Source: Bacteroidales bacterium (GTDB taxonomy: Bacteria > Bacteroidota > Bacteroidia > Bacteroidales > VadinHA17). Taken from it: DNA of 64,000 bases. Position 1 is the stretch's first letter. Each line of letters opens with the position of its first letter. A model generated the notes under the pieces. It worked only from the letters and a program-made list of their open reading frames with translations, ran no database searches and was not told the DNA's origin. The translations under genes were made by a program, and so were the position numbers. Shown piece by piece: positions 45,914-56,126 of this stretch. The DNA is taken from positions 7,313 to 71,312 of the forward strand of contig JAVVEL010000008.1 of the NCBI GenBank assembly GCA_032260385.1. Reading direction: 5' to 3'.

Positions 45914-47307
45914 TTAGCAGGTTTCTTCAGGTCAAATACTTTACTCTCTATTCTGCCGAGACTTAAAATAGTGCTTATCTCGGAGCCAGGTTTCAATTCA
46001 TTCGACGATCTGACGGCTTTATCGTTATACAGAGTAATGGAATATCCACGTTTCAGTACTCTGGAAGGGCTAAGGTAATCAATTGATCTGGAAAAATTAT
46101 CCAAAATTGCCTGTTTTTGATTTATGTATCTTTTTAAAGCCGGTTTAAACCTGTTCTTAAGATCACCTGTCAGCCTGTATTTATCATGGATATGCTTCAA
46201 TGTAATTTTACTGACATTCGTCTCAATTGTGTTCAGCCTGGCATGCTTACCTGAAAGGTAGGAGCGTATATTGCCTGAGAGCCTTAAGCCTGACCTGTTA
46301 AGCAGGACCCGCTTATTCTGGAGTGATGATCTCACCCCGGGAGACATATTAACACTGATCCTGTTAATAACAGACCTTTTCGTTTTCACCAGTTCACGGC
46401 TGGAATGAATAATCGATTCTCTCAGTTCCAGGAGGTGCTCCTCGGTTTTTAGACTCTGGTTTATTATGAAATCTGCAACGGCAGTAGGCGTTTTAAATGA
46501 CCGGTAAGCTACCAGGTCGGTAACAGAGAGATCTTTTTCGTGTCCGATTCCCGTAAGTACCGGTATGGGCACCTGTGTAATCAGATAGGCAAGCTTGTAA
46601 TTATCAAACCAGCTCAGGTCTGCCTGCGATCCTCCGCCTCTTACTATTACCATAAGGTCATAGTTCTCTATGTCATTGTAAATACTGTTTATAGCTCCGA
46701 TAGTTGATGCTTCGGTTTCTTTGCCCTGCATTATTGCCCTGAAAAGACTGGTTTTGTACACATAGCCATAACTGTTATTTATAAGCTCATCCGTAAAATC
46801 GCCATAGCCGGCTGCCTGTTCTGATGAGATGACGGCTATCCTTACGGGCAGGAGGGGGAAAGGCAGTTCTTTATTAAGGTTTATCACTCCTTCAGATTCC
46901 AGGCGCTTTATTATCTGCCTTCTCCTGAGTTCCATCTCACCTATGGTATATGCAGGATCTATGTCATATATTACGAGGCTTAGGCCATATACTTCATGGT
47001 ATTCTATTTTTACCCTCAGCAGAACTTTAATGCTTTCTGACAGAGCCTGGCCTGTGGCACTCTCAAAGTAGGGCAGGAGGAGCCTTGCTTTCTGTGACCA
47101 GATAATGGCCCGTAGCCTCGACCTGATGTCTTCGTGGCTGTCTTTTTCTATAAGTTCAAGATAACAATGACCTGAATAATTGATTTTCAATTCCGATATT
47201 TCGGCACTCACCCAGTAAAAACCCGGCAAGCTTTCTTCAATTGATTTTTTTATTAGTTTCTGAAGTTCACTTAATGAATACCTGTCATTTTTATCATTCA
47301 TCATCAT
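45910..47307 (-). CDS. xseA: exodeoxyribonuclease VII large subunit
   Basis: N-terminal OB-fold block YWVSAEISELKINYSGHCYLELIEKD, a catalytic core (VIVRGGGSQADL) and a long C-terminal coiled region. Confidence 0.85.
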   Translation of the reverse strand: MMMNDKNDRYSLSELQKLIKKSIEESLPGFYWVSAEISELKINYSGHCYLELIEKDSHEDIRSRLRAIIWSQKARLLLPYFESATGQALSESIKVLLRVKIEYHEVYGLSLVIYDIDPAYTIGEMELRRRQIIKRLESEGVINLNKELPFPLLPVRIAVISSEQAAGYGDFTDELINNSYGYVYKTSLFRAIMQGKETEASTIGAINSIYNDIENYDLMVIVRGGGSQADLSWFDNYKLAYLITQVPIPVLTGIGHEKDLSVTDLVAYRSFKTPTAVADFIINQSLKTEEHLLELRESIIHSSRELVKTKRSVINRISVNMSPGVRSSLQNKRVLLNRSGLRLSGNIRSYLSGKHARLNTIETNVSKITLKHIHDKYRLTGDLKNRFKPALKRYINQKQAILDNFSRSIDYLSPSRVLKRGYSITLYNDKAVRSSNELKPGSEISTILSLGRIESKVFDLKKPAK

Positions 47308-47366
47308 TTTATTCTAAGGAACATATTAAGAAATTTTGAAGACTGTGACATACGGCATCGGGAGGG

Positions 47367-48155
47367 CTACCTTATTATACCTGTTATTTCAGGGTCATTT
47401 ATTTTTCCGCCTTCCTTTTCCAGTTTATCCAGGTATTCAGTTTCTTCCCTTATCAGTTCTGCCCTGTTTTCGGGAATCCCCATGTTATATTTTATTTCCT
47501 TTCGCACTGTTCCGTCCCGGTTGAAAAAAAGCCAGGGGCCCGTCCTTATATCTTTCCTGTACAGGCCTGTAATTTCCTTACTCCCGTTTGGATGCCATGT
47601 CCTGAATTCCCCGTTCAGTTTCCCATCCTGGTATGAAGCTTCAAGCGATGGTGTTCCGTCGGTGTAGTACTGTTTCCAGCTACCTGACTTTATGCCGTCC
47701 TTATATTCCAGTTTTTCAGCAATCTCACCATTCCAGTGGTATTTTACGCATATCCCTTCTGCCCGGTCGTCTTCATAGAGGCATTTCATAAGTAAATGAT
47801 CTTCAATATAATCGGAATAATAGAACCACTCACCTGTTTTTTTACGGTCAACATATTTACCCTTCCCGGCAATAAAACCATTTGGATGATAAAAGTGTGC
47901 ATAGGCAGTATCCCCGGTATAATTGAGTACTGAAGTCAGCTTTCCGTCCTCATCATATCTTTTAAATTCACCTTCAGGCCTGTCATCTGTAAAATAAGCC
48001 TCGTACATAATCTGCCCGTCAGGGTATTTTTTTATCCAGTGACCCTGTTTCATGCCGTTTTCATCGGTTCGGTTAAGTATTTCCTGCGGACTTAAAACTG
48101 AGAATGGTGTAAGTATAAGAATAAGGAACAGTATGGTCTTTGAAAAGCACATCAT
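47367..48155 (-). CDS. MORN-variant repeat protein (YwqK family)
   Basis: Repeated G-x-W-x-x-Y-Y-x-x-G units (GHWIKKYPDGQ, GEWFYYSDY, GSWKQYYTDGT, GEFRTWHPNGS, GPWLFFNRDGT) after a signal peptide. The start is set at 48155, because the track start lies inside the dnaK terminator hairpin. Confidence 0.7.
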   Translation of the reverse strand: MMCFSKTILFLILILTPFSVLSPQEILNRTDENGMKQGHWIKKYPDGQIMYEAYFTDDRPEGEFKRYDEDGKLTSVLNYTGDTAYAHFYHPNGFIAGKGKYVDRKKTGEWFYYSDYIEDHLLMKCLYEDDRAEGICVKYHWNGEIAEKLEYKDGIKSGSWKQYYTDGTPSLEASYQDGKLNGEFRTWHPNGSKEITGLYRKDIRTGPWLFFNRDGTVRKEIKYNMGIPENRAELIREETEYLDKLEKEGGKINDPEITGIIR

Positions 48156-48183
48156 GGTTTTTCTGTTATTAATGATGTAAAAA

Positions 48184-48213
48184 TAAAAAAACACTCTGAA
48201 AATTTCAGAGTGT
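48184..48213 (-). terminator. rho-independent terminator of dnaK
   Basis: On the minus strand there is a perfect 10-bp stem ACACTCTGAA / TTCAGAGTGT with a 3-nt loop, followed by seven T. It begins about 27 nt after the dnaK stop. Confidence 0.85.
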
Positions 48214-48239
48214 CTTTCAATTATATATTGAGACTTTGA

Positions 48240-50156
48240 TTATTTAACCTCTTCGAAATCAACATCAGTAACTTCATCGTCACCGCTGCCTTTGCCTGAC
48301 TGCCCTTCTTCCTGAGGCCCCTGTTGAGGTCCTGCCTGCTGCTGGGCATCTGCCTGAGCGGATTTATACATATCTTCAGAGGCAGCCTGCCACCTGGCAT
48401 TAAGGTCATTCAAAGCTTTATCGATAGCTTCCACGTCCTGGTTTTTATGTGCTTCCTTAAGATCTGCAAGAGCCTTTTCTATGGGTTCCTTCTTTTCTGC
48501 CGGCAGCTTATCTCCGTATTCCTTGAGTTGTTTTTCGGTCTGGAATATCATACTGTCGGCAGAGTTGATCTTATCAACTTTTTCCTTTGCCTTCCTGTCT
48601 TCCTCCTCATTGGCTTTTGCCTCGTCGCGCATTTTCTTGATCTCATCCTCGCTGAGTCCTGATGAAGCTTCAATCCTGATGCTCTGCTCTTTCCCGGTAC
48701 CCTTGTCCTTTGCTGACACATTGAGTATACCGTTTGCATCAATATCAAAAGTCACTTCAATCTGCGGTATTCCCCTTGGTGAAGGCGGAATGCCGTCAAG
48801 GTGGAAGCGTCCTATTGTCTTGTTACCAGCTGCCATTGGCCTTTCTCCCTGCAGTACATGTATTTCAACAGAGGGTTGATTGTCAGCAGCAGTAGTAAAT
48901 GTTTCATTCTTCTTGGTAGGAATGGTGGTATTGGCTTCTATTAGTTTTGTCATTACCCCACCCATTGTTTCAATACCAAGTGAAAGGGGTGTAACGTCAA
49001 GCAGGAGTACGTCTTTTACCTCACCTGTTAGAACCCCGCCCTGGATTGCTGCACCAACGGCCACTACCTCATCAGGGTTAACACCCTTTGAAGGAGCTTT
49101 GCCGAAAAATTTCTGCACCACTTCCTGTATTGCAGGTATACGGGTTGAACCACCAACCAGGAGCACTTCGTTGATATCTGAAGCTTTCAGTCCTGCATCT
49201 TTAAGTGCAATTTTACAGGGCTCAATAACAGCCTGTATCAGTGAATCGGTGAGTTTTTCAAAATGTGCCCTCGTGAGTGTTTTAACGAGGTGCTTGGGTA
49301 TCCCGTCAACGGGCATTATATAAGGCAGATTGATCTCTGTGCTTGATGAGCTCGACAGCTCTATCTTGGCTTTCTCTGCTGCTTCCTTGAGACGCTGCAG
49401 TGCCATTGGATCTCTTTTCAGGTCAACACCTTCATCTTTCTTAAACTCTTCTGCCAGCCAGTTAATTATTAGCTCATCAAAATCATCCCCGCCAAGGTGA
49501 GTGTCGCCATTTGTTGATTTAACTTCGAATACTCCGTCACCAAGTTCGAGTATGGATATATCAAAGGTTCCTCCTCCAAGGTCAAAAACAGCAACCTTGA
49601 GGTCTTCCGTCTTTTTATCAAGCCCGTAGGCCAGTGCGGCAGCAGTAGGCTCATTTATTATCCTTTTTACCTGTAATCCGGCAATCTCACCGGCTTCTTT
49701 GGTTGCCTGGCGCTGGGAGTCATTGAAGTAGGCAGGAACTGTTATAACAGCTTCCGTAACTTCCTGTCCAAGGTAATCCTCTGCCGTCTTCTTCATTTTC
49801 TGCAATATCATTGCGGATATTTCCTGTGGCGAATATTTGCGATCATCAATCTGGACCCTGGGGGTGTTGTTATCTCCTTTAACCACTTTGTAGGGCACAC
49901 GGGTAATTTCCCTGCTTACATTGTCGTAAGTCTCACCCATGAACCTTTTTATTGAATATACTGTCTTTTCAGCATTGGTGATGGCCTGACGCTTTGCAGG
50001 ATCACCTACCTTGCGTTCACCATTTTCAACAAAGGCAACAATTGACGGAGTGGTTCTCTTGCCTTCGCTGTTTGGTATCACTACAGGCTCGTTTCCTTCC
50101 ATCACAGCAACGCATGAATTAGTTGTTCCAAGGTCTATGCCAATTATTTTTCCCAT
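48240..50156 (-). CDS. dnaK: molecular chaperone DnaK (Hsp70)
   Basis: Hsp70 signatures [17 protein letters not shown] and [15 protein letters not shown]. 638 aa. Confidence 0.97.
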   Translation of the reverse strand: MGKIIGIDLGTTNSCVAVMEGNEPVVIPNSEGKRTTPSIVAFVENGERKVGDPAKRQAITNAEKTVYSIKRFMGETYDNVSREITRVPYKVVKGDNNTPRVQIDDRKYSPQEISAMILQKMKKTAEDYLGQEVTEAVITVPAYFNDSQRQATKEAGEIAGLQVKRIINEPTAAALAYGLDKKTEDLKVAVFDLGGGTFDISILELGDGVFEVKSTNGDTHLGGDDFDELIINWLAEEFKKDEGVDLKRDPMALQRLKEAAEKAKIELSSSSSTEINLPYIMPVDGIPKHLVKTLTRAHFEKLTDSLIQAVIEPCKIALKDAGLKASDINEVLLVGGSTRIPAIQEVVQKFFGKAPSKGVNPDEVVAVGAAIQGGVLTGEVKDVLLLDVTPLSLGIETMGGVMTKLIEANTTIPTKKNETFTTAADNQPSVEIHVLQGERPMAAGNKTIGRFHLDGIPPSPRGIPQIEVTFDIDANGILNVSAKDKGTGKEQSIRIEASSGLSEDEIKKMRDEAKANEEEDRKAKEKVDKINSADSMIFQTEKQLKEYGDKLPAEKKEPIEKALADLKEAHKNQDVEAIDKALNDLNARWQAASEDMYKSAQADAQQQAGPQQGPQEEGQSGKGSGDDEVTDVDFEEVK

Positions 50157-50387
50157 TTTATAACTTATTTTTAAATGTTTTCCAATTTTCCAATCCTTTC
50201 AGCAATGATTATGCCATGGGATTTTTATGTGGAATTTATGCTAATATGACATTCAATCGTATTTTTATGTGAATAAACTAAAGCCAGTAATGACAAAAAG
50301 GCAGTTATGTCATTTTCGTAGCGGTCAGATCACTTATTATTAAACAAATTTGTAGCTTTACCCTGTGTAATAATAAAATAAGAGGCT

Positions 50388-51203
50388 ATGTCAATCCATA
50401 ACACGGTTAAGCGGGTTACCACACATGTACTTTCAGAGATGAAGTTAAAAGGTGAGAAGATTACCATGCTCACTTCCTATGATTATTCCATGGCATCAAT
50501 TGTGGATAAGGCAGGGATTGATGTCATTCTTGTAGGCGATTCGGCATCGAATGTTATGGCCGGGTTTGAGACTACCCTGCCCATTACCCTTGATAATATG
50601 ATTTATCATGCTGCCTCTGTTGTGCGTGCGGCAAAAAGATCACTGGTAGTGGTGGATTTGCCTTTCGGGACTTACCAGGGAAATTCAAAGGAGGCTCTTT
50701 CCTCAGCAATCAGGATAATGAAAGAAACAGGTGCACATGCTGTTAAGCTTGAAGGAGGGGCTGAAATAGCAGAATCAATAGAAAGAATACTGTCTGCCGG
50801 CATCCCTGTTATGGGGCACCTGGGCTTAACACCTCAATCAATCCATAAGTTTGGCACCTACGTTGTGCGGGCAAAACAGGAAGAGGAGGCAAAGAGGCTG
50901 AAGAGTGACGCCAGGTTACTGGAAGAAAAGGGTGCTTTTGCCATTGTACTGGAAAAAATACCTGCCGTTCTTGCCGGCGAGGTGGCAGAAAGCCTTACTA
51001 TACCTGCAATTGGAATTGGTGCCGGCAATAAGGTTGATGGACAGGTGCTGGTAATTCATGACATGCTCGGGATTAACCAGGAATTTTCACCGCGCTTTCT
51101 CAGGAGATACCATAATCTTTACCAGGAAATAACCGGGGCGGTTCAGGCTTATATCAAAGATGTACGTTCACTGGATTTCCCCAACGAAAAGGAGCAGTAT
51201 TAA
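50388..51203 (+). CDS. panB: 3-methyl-2-oxobutanoate hydroxymethyltransferase
   Basis: PanB blocks [24 protein letters not shown] and GHLGLTPQS. Confidence 0.9.
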   Translation: MSIHNTVKRVTTHVLSEMKLKGEKITMLTSYDYSMASIVDKAGIDVILVGDSASNVMAGFETTLPITLDNMIYHAASVVRAAKRSLVVVDLPFGTYQGNSKEALSSAIRIMKETGAHAVKLEGGAEIAESIERILSAGIPVMGHLGLTPQSIHKFGTYVVRAKQEEEAKRLKSDARLLEEKGAFAIVLEKIPAVLAGEVAESLTIPAIGIGAGNKVDGQVLVIHDMLGINQEFSPRFLRRYHNLYQEITGAVQAYIKDVRSLDFPNEKEQY

Positions 51204-51213
51204 TTAAGCCGGT

Positions 51214-51888
51214 ATGGATATTCTATACGAGGACAACCACATAATCGCCGTAAATAAAAAGTGTTGTGAACTGGTGCAGGGAGACAGCACGGGTGATGAG
51301 ACTCTTTCTGACAGGGTGAAGAAATACCTGGCTGTGAAATACAAAAAGCCGGGTGACGTTTTTCTTGGGGTGGTTCACAGGCTTGACAGGCCGGTAAGCG
51401 GTGTTATACTATTTGCACGTACATCGAAAGCCCTGGCCAGATTGAACAGGATGTTCCAGGAAAAAGAGGTGGCCAAGAAATACCTTGCTGTGGTTAGGGA
51501 AAGGCCACCCGCAGAAGAAGGCAGTTTAGTGCATTACCTGAAGAAAAATGAGCAACAGAATAAATCCTATGCCTATGATAGCCAGGTGAAGGGTAGTAAA
51601 GAAGCTCATCTGAGCTACAGGCTGGTCAGCCGGACAGACCGGTATTATTTACTGGAAATCGACCTCCATACCGGGCGTCATCACCAGATAAGATGCCAGC
51701 TGGCCAGGGCAGCATGTGCCGTTAAGGGTGATCTTAAATATGGCTATCCCAGGTCAAATAATGACGGAAGCATATCCCTCCATGCATGGAAAATAAAGTT
51801 TATCCATCCCGTTCAAAAACAGGAAATTGAAATTACTGCACCCTTGCCTGATAGCGATATCTGGCCAAAAATAAAACAGCTTAAATAA
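51214..51888 (+). CDS. RluA-family pseudouridine synthase (no S4 domain)
   Basis: Catalytic HRLDRPVSGV motif and the GRHHQIR block. 224 aa, 10 nt downstream of panB. Confidence 0.85.
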   Translation: MDILYEDNHIIAVNKKCCELVQGDSTGDETLSDRVKKYLAVKYKKPGDVFLGVVHRLDRPVSGVILFARTSKALARLNRMFQEKEVAKKYLAVVRERPPAEEGSLVHYLKKNEQQNKSYAYDSQVKGSKEAHLSYRLVSRTDRYYLLEIDLHTGRHHQIRCQLARAACAVKGDLKYGYPRSNNDGSISLHAWKIKFIHPVQKQEIEITAPLPDSDIWPKIKQLK

Positions 51889-52146
51889 AAAAATGGCTGC
51901 TTCAAAATAAAACAGCCACTTCATTCAAACTGAAAATATCAGAGGTCAGGATGTCAAAATTACCCTCCGGCCCTGATCCCTATTCTGCCTTACATTCACC
52001 CTTTTACAGGGATTTTTAACCGTAGATTAGGTGATTATCACGAAATCCGTAGTAAATGTATAACATTATTATCCTGAGTAGGTTAAACTGAGGTTAAATC
52101 TAGTTAAGGAAAAGTTAAAAAGTGGATTGTTCTAATTTTATAATTA

Positions 52147-52154
52147 TATTTTTG
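52147..52154 (+). promoter_or_regulatory. candidate -7 box TATTTTTG immediately upstream of the kinase ATG
   Basis: Matches TAnnTTTG. The G lies 4 nt before the ATG at 52159, which would imply a leaderless or near-leaderless transcript. Confidence 0.3.
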
Positions 52155-52158
52155 CATT

Positions 52159-53754
52159 ATGAAGAGGTGGAAGTTCATAGGGCTTATATCTTTGATGCTG
52201 GTTTCATTAACAGGCATTATCTGGGTGCAGATAGTCTGGATAAATAATGCCGTAAGAGTGCGCAATGACCTGTTTAACCGATCTGTATTCAACAGCCTGC
52301 AGAGCACTGCAAGAAAAATAGAGTCATCAAGGCAACTGGCTTTCTACAGGCAAATGATGGTAGCCGATTCTTTATTACAGTCACAGGCTGATGAGATGCA
52401 GACAGTTCCCTTTGCCGGGAATGGGAAAGCGCCGGTGCAGGGATATGGAGGACTGAGCGGCGTAGGGGAGAGCTTTTCCTTCCAGCTGACAGATGATGGC
52501 AATAATGTGCAGGTGCTGGGAGATTACCAGCAGTACTTCATTACCGACAGCAATGAGAAGATAATCCCGAAGGCCAATATCGAAGTAAATGACCCGGGCC
52601 CTCTGAATATTAATAATGACAGGTTCAGATCATGGCTTATGAAAAAATCCAGCGACCTTCGCCGGATGGGCGACAAAATGATTTCTGAGCTGTATGAATG
52701 GGAACTTAACAGTCCGGCCGACAGAGACGAAATATTATCAGTTCTCTACAGTGAGCTCGCAAACTCCGGAATTACATTACCTTTTGAATTTGCTGTTATT
52801 GAGGATAACAGGGTAATTGGCGGGATGTATGAGAAAGTTAGCCCGGCCGACCTTTTAAGCAGCAATTATACAGTTAACCTGTTTAATGACAGGTTGATAC
52901 GTCGAAATACGAGACTTTCCGTAGTCTTCCCTGAACGCAGGAACTATATCCTCTCTTCGATGTCCTTACTGCTTGGTGGCTCTCTCCTTTTCAGCATGAT
53001 AATACTCATTACCTTTGCCCTGAGCATATTCTTTATCATAAGGCAAAAGAGAATATCTGAAATGAAATCGGACTTTATAAATAATATGACCCATGAGTTT
53101 AAAACACCCATTGCAACCATTTCACTTGCTGCTGATACAATAAGTAACACTAAAATCATAAATGACGAAAGCAGGGTAAAGCACTTTATAGGCATGATAA
53201 AGAAGGAAAATGCAAGAATGAACAAGCAGGTTGAGAATATACTCCAGATTTCATCTCTTGACAGGAAAGAAATGGAATTCAGTTTTTCCAGTGTGGATAT
53301 GCATTCAGTGATAGAGAGATCGATAGAAACCATTGAAATACAGGTGGAAGGACGAAACGGGAATATCTTTTTCTACCCCGAGGCCGGCGACCCTCTTGTC
53401 TATGGTGACAGGGAACACCTTACTAACCTGGTGCATAACCTTCTTGATAACGCAAATAAGTACAGTGTGAGCGAACCCGAGATAACACTGAGCACTCTTA
53501 ATAAGAATGGTAATTTTGTATTATCTGTATCTGACAAAGGGATAGGAATGTCCAAAACCGTTCAATCAAAGATATTCGACAGGTTTTACCGGCAGTCCGG
53601 TGGTAATATCCATAATGTTAAGGGTTTCGGGCTTGGCTTGAGTTATGTTAAAGCTATAGTCGACGCGCATAATGGTGATATTAATGTATTCAGTGAAGCA
53701 GGCAAGGGCACAACATTTGAAATATCCATACCACAAAACGAAGACATCCTATGA
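52159..53754 (+). CDS. two-component sensor histidine kinase
   Basis: Two TM segments bracket a roughly 250-aa periplasmic region. H-box MTHEFKTPI, N-box LLDNANKYS, G1 DKGIGM, G2 GFGLGL. Confidence 0.85.
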   Translation: MKRWKFIGLISLMLVSLTGIIWVQIVWINNAVRVRNDLFNRSVFNSLQSTARKIESSRQLAFYRQMMVADSLLQSQADEMQTVPFAGNGKAPVQGYGGLSGVGESFSFQLTDDGNNVQVLGDYQQYFITDSNEKIIPKANIEVNDPGPLNINNDRFRSWLMKKSSDLRRMGDKMISELYEWELNSPADRDEILSVLYSELANSGITLPFEFAVIEDNRVIGGMYEKVSPADLLSSNYTVNLFNDRLIRRNTRLSVVFPERRNYILSSMSLLLGGSLLFSMIILITFALSIFFIIRQKRISEMKSDFINNMTHEFKTPIATISLAADTISNTKIINDESRVKHFIGMIKKENARMNKQVENILQISSLDRKEMEFSFSSVDMHSVIERSIETIEIQVEGRNGNIFFYPEAGDPLVYGDREHLTNLVHNLLDNANKYSVSEPEITLSTLNKNGNFVLSVSDKGIGMSKTVQSKIFDRFYRQSGGNIHNVKGFGLGLSYVKAIVDAHNGDINVFSEAGKGTTFEISIPQNEDIL

Positions 53755-54446
53755 GTGATATATCAAAAATACTTCTTGTAGAAGATGATCTCAGCTTTGG
53801 TTCGGTTCTAAAATCATATCTTGAAATCAATGATTTTACTGTTGAATGGGTTGATGATGGCAAAAATGCCATCCCTGCTTTCAGGAAGGGACAATTCAAC
53901 CTGTGTATACTGGATGTTATGCTGCCCAATGTAGATGGCTTCACCATAGCTTCGGAAATAAGGGCTATCAACAGGACAATACCCTTGATTTTTCTGACAG
54001 CGAAGAAACTGAAAGATGATGTTCTGCACGGTTACGGTCTCGGTGCGGATGACTATATTACCAAGCCTTTCGACACTGATATACTCCTGGCCAAGATAAA
54101 AGCCATTACAAGTCGCAGGGAAGGGATGAAAAGAATCAGTGACGATATTAAAATAGGCAAATATACCTTCAACACAAAAATCAGGTCACTTAAGTCAGGG
54201 CAGGAGGAAAGAAAGCTCTCTCCCAAGGAAGCCCAGCTCCTTGAACTTCTTGCACAGTCGCCCAATAGCCTGGTTAGCCGGGAGACTGCATTAAAAACCA
54301 TATGGGGGTCCGATGATTATTTTACTGCAAGGAGCATGGATGTTTATGTTACGAAGCTGAGAAAATACCTGTCGGGCGACAGCAATATTTCAATAAAAAA
54401 CATTCATGGTGCGGGCTTCCAGATGCTTATTGACAGTGATGATTAA
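53751..54446 (+). CDS. OmpR-family response regulator
   Basis: Receiver domain (LLVEDD, LDVMLP phospho-Asp context, LTAK) and a winged-helix output domain (LSPKEAQLLELL, VYVTKLRKYL). There is a 4-nt overlap with the kinase gene. Confidence 0.9.
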   Translation: MSDISKILLVEDDLSFGSVLKSYLEINDFTVEWVDDGKNAIPAFRKGQFNLCILDVMLPNVDGFTIASEIRAINRTIPLIFLTAKKLKDDVLHGYGLGADDYITKPFDTDILLAKIKAITSRREGMKRISDDIKIGKYTFNTKIRSLKSGQEERKLSPKEAQLLELLAQSPNSLVSRETALKTIWGSDDYFTARSMDVYVTKLRKYLSGDSNISIKNIHGAGFQMLIDSDD

Positions 54447-54931
54447 GGCCGCAGTGCAGAGCTGCTGAAATGGAGGGGCAGCAGGTTTTCGATACCGTCA
54501 ATCACATAAATCCTTGATTTCCCGTAAAGGATTATCCTGATTTTACTTCCTGACCGGTCTTCCTCTTCCGATAATACCTGCCTGCATTTACCGCATGGAG
54601 ATACCGGCATATCGGTAAAATCTTTCCCCTTTCGTGCACATATTGCAATTGCCATAATTACAGATTCCGGATAATTTGCCCCTGCACAGGCAACAGCGGT
54701 ATGTTCAGCACAGATACTGACCGGGAAAGAAGCATTTTCCCTGTTGTTTCCCCTTACTATTTCCCCGGTGTCAAGCCTCAGTGCTGCACCTACCGAAAAA
54801 TCAGAGTACGGTGAATATGCATTTTTGGCTGCCTGCATCGCTTCACTGATGAGTTTCCGGTCATCACCACCGAGCTCTTCCGGACCGGCATATTCTTGAA
54901 GTATCAGTTTAATTATTTTTTCCCTTGCCAT
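54443..54931 (-). CDS. cdd: cytidine deaminase
   Basis: Zinc motifs CAEHTAV and PCGKCRQ. 162 aa. Confidence 0.85.
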   Translation of the reverse strand: MAREKIIKLILQEYAGPEELGGDDRKLISEAMQAAKNAYSPYSDFSVGAALRLDTGEIVRGNNRENASFPVSICAEHTAVACAGANYPESVIMAIAICARKGKDFTDMPVSPCGKCRQVLSEEEDRSGSKIRIILYGKSRIYVIDGIENLLPLHFSSSALRP

Positions 54932-55094
54932 AGCTTCAGTATGTCCTGCAAAATAATGAAAAATTTTTCAAGCCCTTGTTCTATTTGCGTGAGGAAGGCA
55001 AAAATTTGATAATTATGGACTATTATTTAATATCTTCACGTTTATACGGGTGTAAATACATTTAAGCTTATTATTTTTAAGGCAAATTATTCAG

Positions 55095-56126
55095 ATGAGA
55101 GCTCTTCCATATATACTATTAGCGACCCTGCTCTTCTCTTCGTGCCAGTCCGCAAGGTGGGCAAGGACTGAAAGCATTCCGGCGGATGAAAACCCCGACA
55201 TTGAAAAGTACATTAAAGAATATGCTGATCTGGCTATGAGCGAGATGCGCAGAACGGGGGTGCCGGCCAGCATTACTTTAGCCCAGGCTGTGATTGAAAG
55301 TGATTACGGGCGCAGCAGGCTTGCAAGCACAGCCAATAATCATTTTGGGATAAAATGCCATAAGGAATGGACTGGAAGAAGGATTTATCACAATGACGAC
55401 AGGCGCAGTGAATGCTTCAGGAGATACAGGGATGTGAGTGAATCGTTCAAAGACCATTCTGATTTCCTGGTTGATGGATCAAGATATAGTTTCCTCTTCT
55501 ACCTGGAACAGGACGATTACAGGGGTTGGGCCAGGGGGCTTAAGAGTGCCGGATATGCGACCAATCCGAGATATGCCGATATGCTTATTGATATGATAGA
55601 AAAAAATGATCTTCATGTTTATGATCAAATGGTACTGGGTGCTAAAAAGCCTGATCAGGGTAAAATTTATGCTTCCTTGAATACTGAAAAAGCAGACAGA
55701 ATAAAGAAAACCGGTGATGTCAATGATCGTAGCGATCTTGTTGCAGATGCCTATACAGTCGACAGGGGGAGCAGGGTTAAGGTCAGAAACATGGTTGAAT
55801 ATATCACCGTTAACGAGCATGATACCTTTGAAAGCCTGGCCGCCGAATTCGGATTGTTAAGCTGGGAATTATACAGGTTTAATGATCTTGAAGATGATAC
55901 CGAACTAAGGCCGGGCCAGATACTTTATCTCCACCCAAAAAGAAACATGGCAGAGCGGGGCAAGGAATATCATATTGTGAATGAGGGAGAGACAATGCAC
56001 AGTATATCACAACTGTATGGTATCAGGCTCAGGGTCCTGTACAGGAAGAACAGGATGAAACCGGGCTATGAACCACCCCCGGGAACCGAGCTGTGGCTGA
56101 GAAAAACTAAGCCTGAAGGCCTTTGA
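55095..56126 (+). CDS. lipoprotein peptidoglycan hydrolase: glucosaminidase domain plus two LysM domains
   Basis: Lipobox LFSSC. Glucosaminidase block ITLAQAVIESDYGRS...NNHFGIKC...YATNPRYADML. Two LysM-like repeats (YITVNEHDTFESLAAEFG..., YHIVNEGETMHSISQLYG...). Confidence 0.8.
   Translation: MRALPYILLATLLFSSCQSARWARTESIPADENPDIEKYIKEYADLAMSEMRRTGVPASITLAQAVIESDYGRSRLASTANNHFGIKCHKEWTGRRIYHNDDRRSECFRRYRDVSESFKDHSDFLVDGSRYSFLFYLEQDDYRGWARGLKSAGYATNPRYADMLIDMIEKNDLHVYDQMVLGAKKPDQGKIYASLNTEKADRIKKTGDVNDRSDLVADAYTVDRGSRVKVRNMVEYITVNEHDTFESLAAEFGLLSWELYRFNDLEDDTELRPGQILYLHPKRNMAERGKEYHIVNEGETMHSISQLYGIRLRVLYRKNRMKPGYEPPPGTELWLRKTKPEGL

Noticed and set aside
51893-51920. Terminator after the RluA-family gene
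   Set aside because: It has only a 6-bp stem (TGGCTG/CAGCCA) with a 13-nt loop and no T-run on the plus strand. The T-run is on the minus strand, where there is no gene to terminate. This is too weak to annotate.
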